From: Alphaproteobacteria bacterium
Lineage (GTDB): Bacteria; Pseudomonadota; Alphaproteobacteria; MPNO01; UBA830
Direction: 5' to 3'
Length of the DNA stretch: 64,000 bases
NCBI GenBank assembly: GCA_965243135.1
Contig: OZ251539.1
Coordinates: 1,440,001 to 1,504,000 of the forward strand
Positions 49,082-58,968 of this stretch are shown here, piece after piece; within the stretch, counting starts at the first letter, position 1; each line of letters opens with the position of its first letter. The position numbers and the translations under genes were made by a program. The notes beneath the pieces were generated by a model, which did no database searches, had not been told where the DNA came from, and saw only the letters and a list, made by a program, of their open reading frames with translations.

Positions 49082-51429
49082 GCGGCGCGCATGGCCCGCC
49101 AGATGGCGAAAGGCGTCAACGGCATCGCCAGGTCGCGGACTCCAAGACCGGACAGCGCGTCGAGAGCCGCCCCCACGACGGCGGCCGGCGCGCCGATGGA
49201 CCCCGATTCGCCGCAACCTTTCGCGCCGAGCGGATTGTGCGTGCAAGGTTGCGACTCGTCGAACTCTCCCTCGAAGGCCACGAGATCGTCCGCTCGCGGC
49301 ACGCAATAGTCCATGAAGGAGGCCGACAGGAGCTGGCCGGACTCCGGGTCGTAGGCGCAGCGTTCGGTCGCGGCCTGGCCGATGCCCTGCGCGAGGCCGC
49401 CGTGAATCTGCCCTTCGACGATCATCGGATTGATGATGGTTCCGATATCGTCGACCGTCAGGTAGCGCAGCATCTCCATGCGGCCGGTTTCGGGGTCGAT
49501 CTCGATCTCGCAGAGATGGCCGCCGTTGGAATACGCGAAGTTCGGAGGATCGTAGAACGCGGTCTCGTTCAGCCCCGGCTCCAGGCCGGCAGGAAGGACG
49601 TGGGCGAGATTGGCCGTTTTGGCGACCTCCGCGAGGGAAACGCTCCGGTCGGTGCCTGCGACCCTGTAGACGCCGTCCTCCCCGAAGGTCACGTCTTCCG
49701 GCGCGGCTTCCATGAGTTCCGCGGCGATGCGGCGGCCCTTGTCCACGATCTTGTCTGCGGCCGTCGCGATCGCCGAGCCGCCGACCGCGATGGATCGCGA
49801 GCCGAAGGTGCCCGTTCCCATGGGCACCGCGTCGGTGTCCCCCTCGGTCACGCGGACGGCCTCGAAGGGCAAGCCAAGTCGCGTGGCGACGATCTGGGCG
49901 TAGGTCGTCTCGTGACCCTGTCCGTGATTATGGGTGCCGGCGAGCACCTGGACGCCGCCCTCGGCGTCGATGCGGATTTCCGCGCTCTCGAAGAAGCCGA
50001 CGCGCGCTCCCATCATGCCGGCCAGTCTGGACGGCGCGACGCCGGAAGTCTCGACGTAAGTGGCGAGGCCGATTCCCCGAAGCATGCCTCGGGCGCCGCT
50101 TTCAGTCCGTCGCGCTTCGAACCCGGCCCAGTCCCCGGCATCGAGAAGCCTGTCGAGGATCGCGGGAAAGTCGCCGCAGTCGTAGGTCGGCCCGATCGGC
50201 GTCGCGTAGGGCATCGCGTCGGCGGGAACGAGATTGCGCCGCCGGATTTCGGCGCGGTCGCGCCTGAGGGCGCGGGCGGCTTCGTCGGCGAGCCTTTCGA
50301 GAACGAAGCACGCTTCCGGCCGCCCGGCGCCGCGATAGGCGTCGGTAGGCACCGTATTGGTGAATACGCCCGTTATCTCGACATGGATGGCCGGCGTTCG
50401 GTAGACGCCGGCGAGCAGCGCCGAATAGATCGGGGCGGGGATGGCCGCTCCGAAGGTCGATACGTAGGCGCCGATGTTGGCGAGGGTGCGCACCCGAAGT
50501 CCGAGAAAGTTCCCGTCGTCGTCGAAGCCGAGGGAGGCGCGCGTCACGTGGTCGCGGGCCTGGGTATCGGAACAGAATGCTTCCGAACGGCCGGATATCC
50601 AGCGCAGGGGCCTTTCGAGCCGGCGCGCCGCCCAGACCAGCACGGTTTCTTCCGGGTAATGCTTCCCCTTGGTGCCGAACCCGCCGCCGACGTCGGGCGA
50701 CACCACGCGCACCCGGTTCGGGCGAAGGCCCAGCGCCTCGGTCACGGAACGCCGAATCAGATGGGGAGCTTGGGTCGCGTCGTAAAGGGTCGTGACGTCC
50801 GTCGACGGGTCGTGGACGGCGAGGCAGGCGCGCGCCTCGAGAGCGGCGCAAGCGAGACGATTGTTTACGATCTCGAGTTCGACGACGTGCGGCGCGGAGG
50901 CGAGGGCGGCTCCGGCCGCGTCGGCGTCGCCGCGGCCCCACGTGTAGGCTTCGTTGCCCGGCGCCTCCGCGTGAACCAGCGGAGAATCCTCCAGCAGCGC
51001 CTCCGCCGCGTCGGCGACCGCGGGACGGGGTTCGTAGTTCACCGCTACGGCCTCCGCCGCGTCGGCCGCCTGAAGCGCGGTTTCCGCGACCACCAGCGCG
51101 ACCGGCTCGCCGACATGGCGCACGCGGCCGGACGCGAGCGGCCGGCGCGGCGGTTGCTTCATCGGGCTGCCGTCGGAATTGCTCACCATCCACATGAAGG
51201 GCAGGGGGCCGACCGACTTCATGTCGCTGTCGGTCAGCACGGCGGCCACGCCCGGCATCGCCGCCGCGGGTTCGGCATCTATGGACGCGATGTCAGCATG
51301 GGCGTGAGGCGACCTGACGAAGACGGCGTGGAGCTGGCCCGGGTGCGAGATGTCCGAAACGAATCGTCCCCGGCCTCGGAGAAACTTTTCGTCCTCCTTG
51401 CGAAGCGCGGCGTCGCCGATGCCGTTCAT
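49078..51429 (-). CDS. Xanthine dehydrogenase-family molybdopterin-binding subunit (CoxL form II-like)
   Basis: RKED..FL.G.G, VGGGFG.K, AYRGAGRPEA, HGQGHET, GSRS, QIHGG..QG.G, GAKGCGE. Confidence 0.9.
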   Translation of the reverse strand: MNGIGDAALRKEDEKFLRGRGRFVSDISHPGQLHAVFVRSPHAHADIASIDAEPAAAMPGVAAVLTDSDMKSVGPLPFMWMVSNSDGSPMKQPPRRPLASGRVRHVGEPVALVVAETALQAADAAEAVAVNYEPRPAVADAAEALLEDSPLVHAEAPGNEAYTWGRGDADAAGAALASAPHVVELEIVNNRLACAALEARACLAVHDPSTDVTTLYDATQAPHLIRRSVTEALGLRPNRVRVVSPDVGGGFGTKGKHYPEETVLVWAARRLERPLRWISGRSEAFCSDTQARDHVTRASLGFDDDGNFLGLRVRTLANIGAYVSTFGAAIPAPIYSALLAGVYRTPAIHVEITGVFTNTVPTDAYRGAGRPEACFVLERLADEAARALRRDRAEIRRRNLVPADAMPYATPIGPTYDCGDFPAILDRLLDAGDWAGFEARRTESGARGMLRGIGLATYVETSGVAPSRLAGMMGARVGFFESAEIRIDAEGGVQVLAGTHNHGQGHETTYAQIVATRLGLPFEAVRVTEGDTDAVPMGTGTFGSRSIAVGGSAIATAADKIVDKGRRIAAELMEAAPEDVTFGEDGVYRVAGTDRSVSLAEVAKTANLAHVLPAGLEPGLNETAFYDPPNFAYSNGGHLCEIEIDPETGRMEMLRYLTVDDIGTIINPMIVEGQIHGGLAQGIGQAATERCAYDPESGQLLSASFMDYCVPRADDLVAFEGEFDESQPCTHNPLGAKGCGESGSIGAPAAVVGAALDALSGLGVRDLAMPLTPFAIWRAMRAA

Positions 51430-51646
51430 GTCTTTCCTCCGGTTTGTCCGGCAGGAGCCGGTCGCGCCCGTCGGCTTTCGCGTCGACCGGGCGGCGCCCG
51501 CGCAACCCGGCCGGCGTCAGTATAGCCCGCGCCCTGCGAAGGGCGACCGCCTGGCGCGCGGCCGGATCGGTCGATGCCTGGACGCGGGCGTTCTCGGGGG
51601 CCTGCCGGCGGAAGCCGGAGGTCGCGGCCGCTTCGCGGAATCCCGT

Positions 51647-52831
51647 TCAGGCATCGACCTCCGCGCCGGGAACGGCGATCGGCGGCCCGGCCAGCGCGAG
51701 CAACGCTTCGTCCGCGCCGGAGGAACCGACGATCGAAACGCCGAGCGGCGCATCCGCATGCGCGAGCGGAAGACTGATCTGCGGCAGGCCGGCAAGGCCC
51801 GCGGGGCAGGTGAGGCCCATCGTTCGGGCGCGGAAGGCGTCGATTTCCTCCGGACTCGCATCCCGCCGCGGACAGCAGGGCGCCGTGGGCATGACGACGA
51901 TCGCGCCGTCCGCGAGCAGGGAGGCCATGCGCGCCCGCGCCGCGTCGCGAATCGGCCGATAGTTCTCGACGCGGGAAGCCGTCAGGGTCGCGGCGTATGC
52001 GAAGCGTTCCTTCACGCCAGGACCGAATTCCGGGCGGTTGGCGATTACCCAGTCGCCGTGATTCCTCCAGATCTCGAACGCCTGGATGTGCCGGAACGCT
52101 TCGAACCATTCGTCCAGGCCCGCAGGAGCGAGCGTTACGGTTTCTCGCTTCAACCCGCGATCCCGAATCCAGGCTTCCGCAGCGGTTTCCGCCGCCTGGC
52201 GTTCGCCGTCGGGCAACCGGTCGAAGGCGTCCTCGGCCAGCAACGCCCGTTCCGGAACCGGGGCAGCGGGGGACTCGTCCAGCAGAACGCCGCCGATCGC
52301 CGCGAGGAGCGCGGAGTCGCGGGCGAACCAGCCGACCGCGTCGAAGGAGCCGGCGAGCGGCGCGACGCCGGAATCGTCCACGCGCCCGTGGGTGGGGCGG
52401 ATGCCGTAGATTCCGGAAAAGCTGGCCGGGCACCGGACGGAACCGCCGCAGTCCGTCCCAAGCGCAAAATCGACCAGCCCGCCGGCCACCGCCGCGGCGG
52501 AACCCGACGAAGAGCCGCCGATGGAGCGGTCGGGCGCGGCCGGATTGACGGGAGCGCCGTAATGAACGTTGTCCCCCGCCAAGCTGTAGCACATCTCGTC
52601 GCATACGGTCTTTCCGACGAGCGACGCGCCGGCGTCGAGGATCTTCGCCACCGCGGCGGCGTGTTCGCCGGGCGCCGGATGGGTCCGGCGCCAGATCGGC
52701 TGGCCGTTTCCCGTCGGAATGCCGGCGATATCGAAAACGTCCTTCGCGGCGAAGGACAGCCCCCGCAGCGGACCGCCGTCCGAGCCGGACAGCGAGGTCC
52801 GTTCCAGAAACGCGCCGAACCTGTCTTCCAT
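51647..52831 (-). CDS. Amidase (amidase-signature family)
   Basis: GPL.GL.FA.KD, GGSSSGSAAAVA, LGTDCGGSVR.PAS. Confidence 0.9.
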   Translation of the reverse strand: MEDRFGAFLERTSLSGSDGGPLRGLSFAAKDVFDIAGIPTGNGQPIWRRTHPAPGEHAAAVAKILDAGASLVGKTVCDEMCYSLAGDNVHYGAPVNPAAPDRSIGGSSSGSAAAVAGGLVDFALGTDCGGSVRCPASFSGIYGIRPTHGRVDDSGVAPLAGSFDAVGWFARDSALLAAIGGVLLDESPAAPVPERALLAEDAFDRLPDGERQAAETAAEAWIRDRGLKRETVTLAPAGLDEWFEAFRHIQAFEIWRNHGDWVIANRPEFGPGVKERFAYAATLTASRVENYRPIRDAARARMASLLADGAIVVMPTAPCCPRRDASPEEIDAFRARTMGLTCPAGLAGLPQISLPLAHADAPLGVSIVGSSGADEALLALAGPPIAVPGAEVDA

Positions 52832-52851
52832 CCCGGAAGCGAACGGGGAGG

Positions 52852-53328
52852 TCAATCGAGCTTCCGGCGGAATGTCCGGTGGCATCCGCTGCAGCTGCGG
52901 CCCAGCGCGCTGAACGCCGCGCGCATGTCGTTCCCGGAAGACGCCGCCAGCTTTTCGGCGAGCGTCGCGAGCTCCAGCGCCGCCGTCTCGAATTCGTTCC
53001 GCATCAGCCAGATCTCGGGGCGCGCTCCCGTGGCCTCGGGGTATTTGTCCATGTCCGTGCCGACGGGGAATTGCGCGGCGACGGATTTCGCAAGGGAGGC
53101 GATCTCCAGCGCGCTCTCCGCGACCGCCTGGCGATCGCCGCTCGCCAGGAGGCTGCCGATTTTCTTCATGCTCGCGCCGAGCGAGGCCATCGTCGCGTGG
53201 CGTTCGGCGATTGCGGCAGCGGCCACCGGGTCGGACACCTTCGCGCCGATGAGCGACTTATCGTGCGCCGTCGCCGATCCGGCGGCGACCGCCAGCCCAA
53301 GCGCGGCAATGGCGGCGAATCTTTTCAT
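52852..53328 (-). CDS. Cytochrome c' / c556 (class II cytochrome c)
   Basis: Signal peptide, R...M, A.PEIW, C-terminal CSGCH..FR. Confidence 0.88.
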   Translation of the reverse strand: MKRFAAIAALGLAVAAGSATAHDKSLIGAKVSDPVAAAAIAERHATMASLGASMKKIGSLLASGDRQAVAESALEIASLAKSVAAQFPVGTDMDKYPEATGARPEIWLMRNEFETAALELATLAEKLAASSGNDMRAAFSALGRSCSGCHRTFRRKLD

Positions 53329-53371
53329 GTCATGTCTCCTTTCGAGCGCGTTCGGAGGCTGGAACCCCGCG

Positions 53372-54364
53372 TCATGCGCCGAGCAGTTTGCGCGTGTTGC
53401 CCTCGTACATCAGCTCCCGATCCGCGTCCGAGCAACGCAGATTGCCAAGGACGTCGATCGTCGAGCGGATGAGCCGCGCTCCGCCTTCTTCGTCGTACGG
53501 GCAGTCGGTCGCGAAAAACGAGTGGTCCGCGCCGAAGAAATCCAGGCCCGCCTGGCTCGCCGCGCGGGCGCCGAACATCGCGGTATCGCCGTAGAAGTCC
53601 CTGAAATACTCCACCAGCGGCTTCCTCAGCACGTCGCGGAACGATTTGCCGTCGCCCATTTCCGCGTTGCGGCTCTCCCAGCTCGGCGAGAAACGTCCTT
53701 CGGCGTGCGGCGCATAGGCTCCCCAGTGATGGGCGATGATTCTGAGGCCGGGGATTTCGTCGAACATGCCCGAGCAGACGATGCGCGCCATGGCGGCGCT
53801 CGTCTCGTAGGCCCAGCCGAATCCCCAGAAGATCTCGTAGAACGAACGGTCTTCCGTCAGGTAGTCGGGATGCGTGGACGGGCGCGTCGGATGCAGCCAG
53901 ATCGCCTTTCCGCGCTCGACGATCCGGGCGAAGACGTCGCGGAACTCGGGAGCGTCGAGCGCCCGCCCGTTCACGTTGGAAAACAGTTGGAATCCGACTG
54001 CGCCGAGTTCGTCGATCGCCCGGTCGATCTCGGTCAGGGCGGCCTTCGGGGCGTTCATGGGCAACGAGGCGATGAACCAGGGCATGCGGTCGGGGTGCTC
54101 GCGGCAGATCCGCGCCATGCCGTCGTTCGCCGCCCGCGTCAGCCCGGGACTCCTGTCGGGTCCCGCGATCGCGTCGATCGGCGGCTGCGACATCGAAACG
54201 ATCTGCCGGTAATCGTCGAACTCGTCGAGCATGCGCAACCGCGCGTCCATGTCGTAGATGGTGCGGATCGATTTCCAGCGCTTCACCGCGGCGGCCGGCA
54301 TCAGGCTTTCCACTTGCTCGAAGAATTCGGGCGGAAAGACATGGTTGAATACGTCGATTTTCAT
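53372..54364 (-). CDS. Amidohydrolase_2 family protein (ACMSD/decarboxylase-like)
   Basis: IDVFNH, AND, WLHP, FGW.YETS, HH.G, FATD.P.D. Confidence 0.85.
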   Translation of the reverse strand: MKIDVFNHVFPPEFFEQVESLMPAAAVKRWKSIRTIYDMDARLRMLDEFDDYRQIVSMSQPPIDAIAGPDRSPGLTRAANDGMARICREHPDRMPWFIASLPMNAPKAALTEIDRAIDELGAVGFQLFSNVNGRALDAPEFRDVFARIVERGKAIWLHPTRPSTHPDYLTEDRSFYEIFWGFGWAYETSAAMARIVCSGMFDEIPGLRIIAHHWGAYAPHAEGRFSPSWESRNAEMGDGKSFRDVLRKPLVEYFRDFYGDTAMFGARAASQAGLDFFGADHSFFATDCPYDEEGGARLIRSTIDVLGNLRCSDADRELMYEGNTRKLLGA

Positions 54365-54417
54365 TTCCGTCGACTCCTGCGGTTCAACCGGGGCGAAATC
54401 CGGGCGAGATTCGCCGT

Positions 54418-55038
54418 TCAGTAGGATCCCCACGCCCGGCGCGCAGCGGGCCGGGCTTCGATCGCGTCGTGCCAGCGCCGGAGGTTCGGGAAATCGTCCA
54501 GTCCGAAGTGGCGGACGCCGTGGATGTGAACGTCCGGATAGCAGGCGATGTCGGCGATGGAGTATTCGTCTCCCGCGAGATGCGCGTTCTCCGCGAGACG
54601 GCGGTCGAGAACGCCCAGCAGATCGCGAAGCGTCGATTCGTAATGCGCCTTGGCCGCCGGGACGTCCTCGCCGAAACGGTAAAAGAAGAGGCCGAACTGC
54701 TGCGCGAGGGTGGTGAACGTCGCCGAGCCGAAGATGAACCACTGGTCGACGGCGAGCCGCCGCACCGGATCCTCGGGATAGAGATCCGGCGACGCCTTCT
54801 CGGCGAGATACTTGAGGATGGCGCCGGACTCGCAAAGCGTTATCCGCTGCGCGCCCGGTCCGTCATGATCGACGATGGCCGGGATCTTGTGGCCCGGGCT
54901 GATCTTCATGAACTCGGGATCGAACTGCTCCCGCTTGGTGAGGTCGACCGGCCGGATCGCGTGCTCGACCCCCGTTTCCTCGACCATCTGCCGCGCCTTG
55001 TAGCCGTTGTCCGTCGCCCAGAAATAAAGCTCGATCAT
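54418..55038 (-). CDS. Glutathione S-transferase (YfcG/Nu-class-like)
   Basis: I.LY...T.NG.K, EQF.PEF.KISP..KIPAIVD, ESGAIL.YLAEK, YSIADIA.YP. Confidence 0.87.
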   Translation of the reverse strand: MIELYFWATDNGYKARQMVEETGVEHAIRPVDLTKREQFDPEFMKISPGHKIPAIVDHDGPGAQRITLCESGAILKYLAEKASPDLYPEDPVRRLAVDQWFIFGSATFTTLAQQFGLFFYRFGEDVPAAKAHYESTLRDLLGVLDRRLAENAHLAGDEYSIADIACYPDVHIHGVRHFGLDDFPNLRRWHDAIEARPAARRAWGSY

Positions 55039-55071
55039 GTCGCCTCCGCCTTCTCTCGGTTTCCCGAGGAC

Positions 55072-55099
55072 AGTCTACCGCCGCCGTTCCTCGTTGCAA
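55072..55099 (-). promoter_or_regulatory. Putative sigma70 promoter of the GST gene
   Basis: TTGCAA-16 nt-TAGACT upstream of a GGAGG RBS. Confidence 0.4.
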
Positions 55100-55183
55100 C
55101 GCTCGGAAAGCGGCCGGGACGGTTGCAGGGCGAGCGGAATTCCGTCAGTCTGAAATGCAGACCACCATAGGGAGTAGCCGAAA

Positions 55184-56215
55184 ATGATCCGGACCATGCT
55201 TGCCGCCGCCGCGGCCTTCGCTTCTCTGGCGTTCCTCGCGCAGTCCGCCGCCGCGGCGGATATCGAGCGGAAATACAAGGGACGCACCATCACCATCGTG
55301 CTCGGCTACGGAGCCGGCGGCACCTACGGCAAGACCTCGCTGCTGCTGAGCCGGCATCTGGGCAAGTTCATTCCGGGCAACCCCACGCTGGTGGTCCAGC
55401 ACATGCCCGGCGCCGGCGGCCTCAAGGCCGCGAACTACGCCTACAACGCCATGCCGAAGGAGGGCTTCCACTTCCTGATGCCGCCGGACATGTCGATCGT
55501 TTCGCAAGTTCTTCGTCCCACGAAGGTCAAGTACGACGCGCGCAACTTCACCTTTCTCGGCCGCGTGTTCGGCTCGAACAACCTCGTCGCGGTTCGACGG
55601 GATACCGGCGTGACCGGCCTCGACGCCGCCCGCAAGAAGCAGGTCATCATGGGCTCGACCGGCAAGGGTTCGCCCACCTTCATCGTTACCTCGCTCGTCA
55701 ACGGAATGCTGGGCGCGAAGTTCAAGATCGTCACGGGCTACAAGGGTTCCGCGAGAACCCGGCAGGCGATGGAGCAGGGCGAGGTGCAGGGAGTCTCGCT
55801 CGCGTGGGCCGCCTGGAAGAACGCGCATCTCCATTGGTTCCAGGGCGCCGATTCTTTTGCCGTCGGCATCGTGCAGAGCGGTTTTCGCCGCGATCCTGAC
55901 CTTCCCGATATCCCGCTGATCAGCGAGCTTGTCGAGGGCGACGACTCCAAGGCGGCCGCCGACCTGATCGCCACCTCCAGCCTGATCGGACGCAGCCTGG
56001 TGCTGCCGCCCGGCGCTCCGAAGGAATTGGTCGAGCCCCTCCGGGAGGCCTTCTGGAAGACGGTGAACGATCCTGAATTCATGGCCGACGCGAAAAAGAC
56101 CAAGCTGCCGCTTTCGCAATTGAAGGGCGCTGAAATCCAGGCCACGGCCGAGCGCATTCTCGGCATGTCGCCGGACACCGCCGCGAAGGCCAGAAAGGCG
56201 ATTTTCGGCGGTTGA
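55184..56215 (+). CDS. Bug/TctC-family extracytoplasmic solute receptor
   Basis: Signal peptide, YKG.TI.I..GY..GG.Y, HMPGAGG, GYKG, A.E.GEV.G, R....PPG.P. Confidence 0.85.
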   Translation: MIRTMLAAAAAFASLAFLAQSAAAADIERKYKGRTITIVLGYGAGGTYGKTSLLLSRHLGKFIPGNPTLVVQHMPGAGGLKAANYAYNAMPKEGFHFLMPPDMSIVSQVLRPTKVKYDARNFTFLGRVFGSNNLVAVRRDTGVTGLDAARKKQVIMGSTGKGSPTFIVTSLVNGMLGAKFKIVTGYKGSARTRQAMEQGEVQGVSLAWAAWKNAHLHWFQGADSFAVGIVQSGFRRDPDLPDIPLISELVEGDDSKAAADLIATSSLIGRSLVLPPGAPKELVEPLREAFWKTVNDPEFMADAKKTKLPLSQLKGAEIQATAERILGMSPDTAAKARKAIFGG

Positions 56216-56224
56216 TCGTTGGAG

Positions 56225-56260
56225 GGAAGGCCCGCTCCTCCGGCGCGGGTCTTCCGTTTT
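56225..56260 (+). terminator. Putative intrinsic terminator
   Basis: GGAAGGCCCGC...GCGGGTCTTCC stem followed by GTTTT. Confidence 0.5.
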
Positions 56261-56267
56261 CCGGCTG

Positions 56268-56885
56268 ATGGATCCGGTCGCCGAAGACATCCTCCGTTTC
56301 TGGTTCGGCGCCGCGGACCCGCGCGCCGAGTTCGAGCGGCGCGACGTGTGGTTCAAGGCGACCCCGGAGTTCGACGCGCAGCTCGTCGAGAACTATCTCG
56401 ACGTCCACGAGCGCGCGGCGGCCGGAGCGTTCGACCGCTTCGTGGAGTCCGCCGCGGATTGCCTCGCCCTGATCGTCGCGCTCGATCAGTTCCCGAGAAA
56501 CGTCTATCGCGGGACGCCGCGCGCTTTCGAAGCCGATCCGAAAGCCCGCGAGGTCGCGGCCGCCGCGATCGATCGGGGTTACGACAAGGGCTTCAGTTAC
56601 TTTCCGCGGGTGTTCGTCTACCTGCCGTTTGAGCACAGCGAACGTCTGGCCGACCAGGAGCGTTCCGTCGCCCTGTTCTCCGGCCTCGGCGAAGGGCCGT
56701 CGCTCGACGCGGCCGTCGGCCACTACGAAGCGATCAGGAAATTCGGCCGGTTCCCGCATCGCAATGCCGCGCTCGGGCGCCGCAACACGCCGGAAGAGGA
56801 AGAGTATCTCAAGGATCCGCCGTTATGGGGGATGACGGCCGCCGAGGCGGCCGAACTGGAACGCCGCAAGGCATGCGGATCGTGA
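56268..56885 (+). CDS. DUF924 family protein
   Basis: IL.FWF, WF....FD, LDQFPRN.YR, F.YLPFEHSE, FGRFPHRN..LGR..T.EE. Confidence 0.9.
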   Translation: MDPVAEDILRFWFGAADPRAEFERRDVWFKATPEFDAQLVENYLDVHERAAAGAFDRFVESAADCLALIVALDQFPRNVYRGTPRAFEADPKAREVAAAAIDRGYDKGFSYFPRVFVYLPFEHSERLADQERSVALFSGLGEGPSLDAAVGHYEAIRKFGRFPHRNAALGRRNTPEEEEYLKDPPLWGMTAAEAAELERRKACGS

Positions 56886-56926
56886 CGGGCAGGCGTTCGG
56901 CCCGCAACCGCAGCTAGCTGCGCCGC

Positions 56927-58012
56927 ATGAGCGGGTCGCTGCGCGTCTGGGCCTGCGGCTGTTCGCACGTCGGCGCCGACAAGGCCGCCGGCCGGGAAAG
57001 CCTCGCCGACGCGATACGCCAATCGGAAACCGGAGACGGGAACCCGGACCTCGCCTTCGACTGGGACGTTTGCCTCAACCTGGGGGACTTCAGCGCCGCG
57101 TTCGGATTGCCGACGGAGGAAGAGGGGGAAGAAATCGTTCGCCAGTTCGGCGCGTTGACCCGGCACCGGCGCGAGGACGTCTACGCTCTTTGCGGCAACC
57201 ACGATCGCAATGCCCCGGACGAGCCGCCCGGACAATGGTTTCGCAAGTACGTCGATCCCTTCGGCGAGAACGCTGCCGTCTCCGGCGTCGACCGCGACCG
57301 CTACAGATATCCGGTTCGCGGCGACTGGGAGTGCTACCGGTTCGACGTCGGCAACGTCCGGTTCCTGATGATGAGCGACGTCAACGAGCCGTCCCTGCCC
57401 GCGGGACGGGGCAAGCTGGGCGGAAATCCCGGCGGCGTCGTAAGCCGCGAGACGTTCGACTGGTGGGTCGATCAGGTGGAATCCAGCCATCGCGACAGGA
57501 TCGTCGTCACCGCGCATCACTACGTTCTGAAGGACACGACGGTCGCGAGCGGAGAGTGGGAAGGAATGACCCGCAACCGGGACGGAAGCTGGCGGTCGGA
57601 ATATCACGGCTATTACGCGGAGGGCACGCCGCAGGGCGCTTCCTATCTCTACTGGGTCGCGGGACGGCCGGACAGCGGCGCGTTCGAATCCTGGCTGGAA
57701 GCCCATCCGGGGGCCGTCGACCTCTGGCTCGGCGCGCACACCCACGCGAACCCCGACGACGCGAGAGGCGGCAAGTCCCATATCGAAACCCGCTACGGCG
57801 GCACGACCTTCGTGAACGTCGCCGCCCTGACCCGGCATTTCGTGAGGGACCACGCCATGCCGATGAGCCGCCTGTTGATCTTCGAGGACGGTTCCGATCT
57901 GCTGCGGATCAAGTGCTGCATGCATACCGACGAGTATCGTCCGCGGGGTTTCTACGAAGAAAAGGAACGGACGGTCCGATTGACCAAGGCGTTCAGCAAG
58001 GAGGAAATGTGA
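56927..58012 (+). CDS. Calcineurin-like metallophosphoesterase-fold protein
   Basis: CSH (motif I), LGDF, GNHD, AHH, GAHTH. Confidence 0.65.
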   Translation: MSGSLRVWACGCSHVGADKAAGRESLADAIRQSETGDGNPDLAFDWDVCLNLGDFSAAFGLPTEEEGEEIVRQFGALTRHRREDVYALCGNHDRNAPDEPPGQWFRKYVDPFGENAAVSGVDRDRYRYPVRGDWECYRFDVGNVRFLMMSDVNEPSLPAGRGKLGGNPGGVVSRETFDWWVDQVESSHRDRIVVTAHHYVLKDTTVASGEWEGMTRNRDGSWRSEYHGYYAEGTPQGASYLYWVAGRPDSGAFESWLEAHPGAVDLWLGAHTHANPDDARGGKSHIETRYGGTTFVNVAALTRHFVRDHAMPMSRLLIFEDGSDLLRIKCCMHTDEYRPRGFYEEKERTVRLTKAFSKEEM

Positions 58013-58956
58013 TGCGCAAGGAACTGTTCTTCGCGGTCGCGCTTGCCGCGGCCGCCATGGCCGCGCCGGCGGCGCAGGCGCAATGGAAGCCAGCGAAGCC
58101 GGTGACGATGATGGTCATGTTCCCGGCGGGCGGCGGAGGAGACATTCTCGGCCGCGCGGTGGCCAGCTTCATCGAAAAGGAGATGGATGCGAAGATCGTC
58201 GTCGAAAACAGGCGCGGCGGCGGCGGCGCGGCCATGGCCAAGGCGCTGGTGAAGGCGCCTGCCGACGGCTACGCGATCGGCATGGCGGTCAGCGAGACCT
58301 TCGCCTTCGCGCCGGTTCTCAATCCGAACGTCGGTTACGGCCCCTCCGATTTCACGCATCTCGGCTCGATCGCCAGCACCCAGGTCGGCTTGGTCGCGAA
58401 GGCCGACGCGCCGTGGAACGACCTCGAGGAACTCGTCGCCGCGGCGAAGGCGGGGCAGGAGATCACCATCGGGAGCTTCAGCCCGGGGTCGAACGTGATC
58501 ATGCGGCTGGTGGCCAAGCATTTCGGGGCGCCGCTGAAGCTGGTGCCGGTGCGCGGCGGTCGCGCGGGCATCCAGAGCGTCATGGGCGGCCACATCTCGG
58601 CGACGCTGGCCGCAGGCCCGCAGGCGCCGTTGATCCGCAAGGGCGAACTGAAGCTTCTCGCCTCGGCCGAGCGGGAACGGTTGATCGTCGGCGATGCCCC
58701 CACCTTCATCGAATACGGCGCGAAGGATGCGTTTTTCGACGTCAAGTGGACGTTTTCCGCGCCCGCCGGCCTGCCGGAGAATATCGCGGCGGCCTATACC
58801 GGCGCTCTGAAGGCCGCGACCGGCGACGAGAAGCTGAAGGGTCTGATCCAGGACAGGCTGAGCCTGAAGCTGGAGTTCACGTCCGGCAAGGATCTGCTCG
58901 ACGGAATTCTCGCCGACAGGGAGCGGAACGCGGCGCGCATCGCGGCCGCCAAATGA
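58012..58956 (+). CDS. tctC: Tripartite tricarboxylate transporter substrate-binding protein
   Basis: Signal peptide, P.KPV...V.FPAGGG.D, VVENR.GGGG, A.ADGY, APAGLP. Confidence 0.87.
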   Translation: MRKELFFAVALAAAAMAAPAAQAQWKPAKPVTMMVMFPAGGGGDILGRAVASFIEKEMDAKIVVENRRGGGGAAMAKALVKAPADGYAIGMAVSETFAFAPVLNPNVGYGPSDFTHLGSIASTQVGLVAKADAPWNDLEELVAAAKAGQEITIGSFSPGSNVIMRLVAKHFGAPLKLVPVRGGRAGIQSVMGGHISATLAAGPQAPLIRKGELKLLASAERERLIVGDAPTFIEYGAKDAFFDVKWTFSAPAGLPENIAAAYTGALKAATGDEKLKGLIQDRLSLKLEFTSGKDLLDGILADRERNAARIAAAK

Positions 58957-58968
58957 CCTGACGGACCC

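Noticed and set aside
49078-51429. Bona fide aerobic CO dehydrogenase (form I)
   Set aside because: The active-site loop is AYRGAGR, not AYXCSFR, and there are no coxMS or accessory genes.
51350-54424. 1024-aa plus-strand ORF and other long overlapping ORFs (e.g. 20202-22640, 2779-4950, 37639-39558)
   Set aside because: These are antisense or alternate-frame shadows of real genes in high-GC DNA; Arg/Pro/Gly-rich with no motifs.
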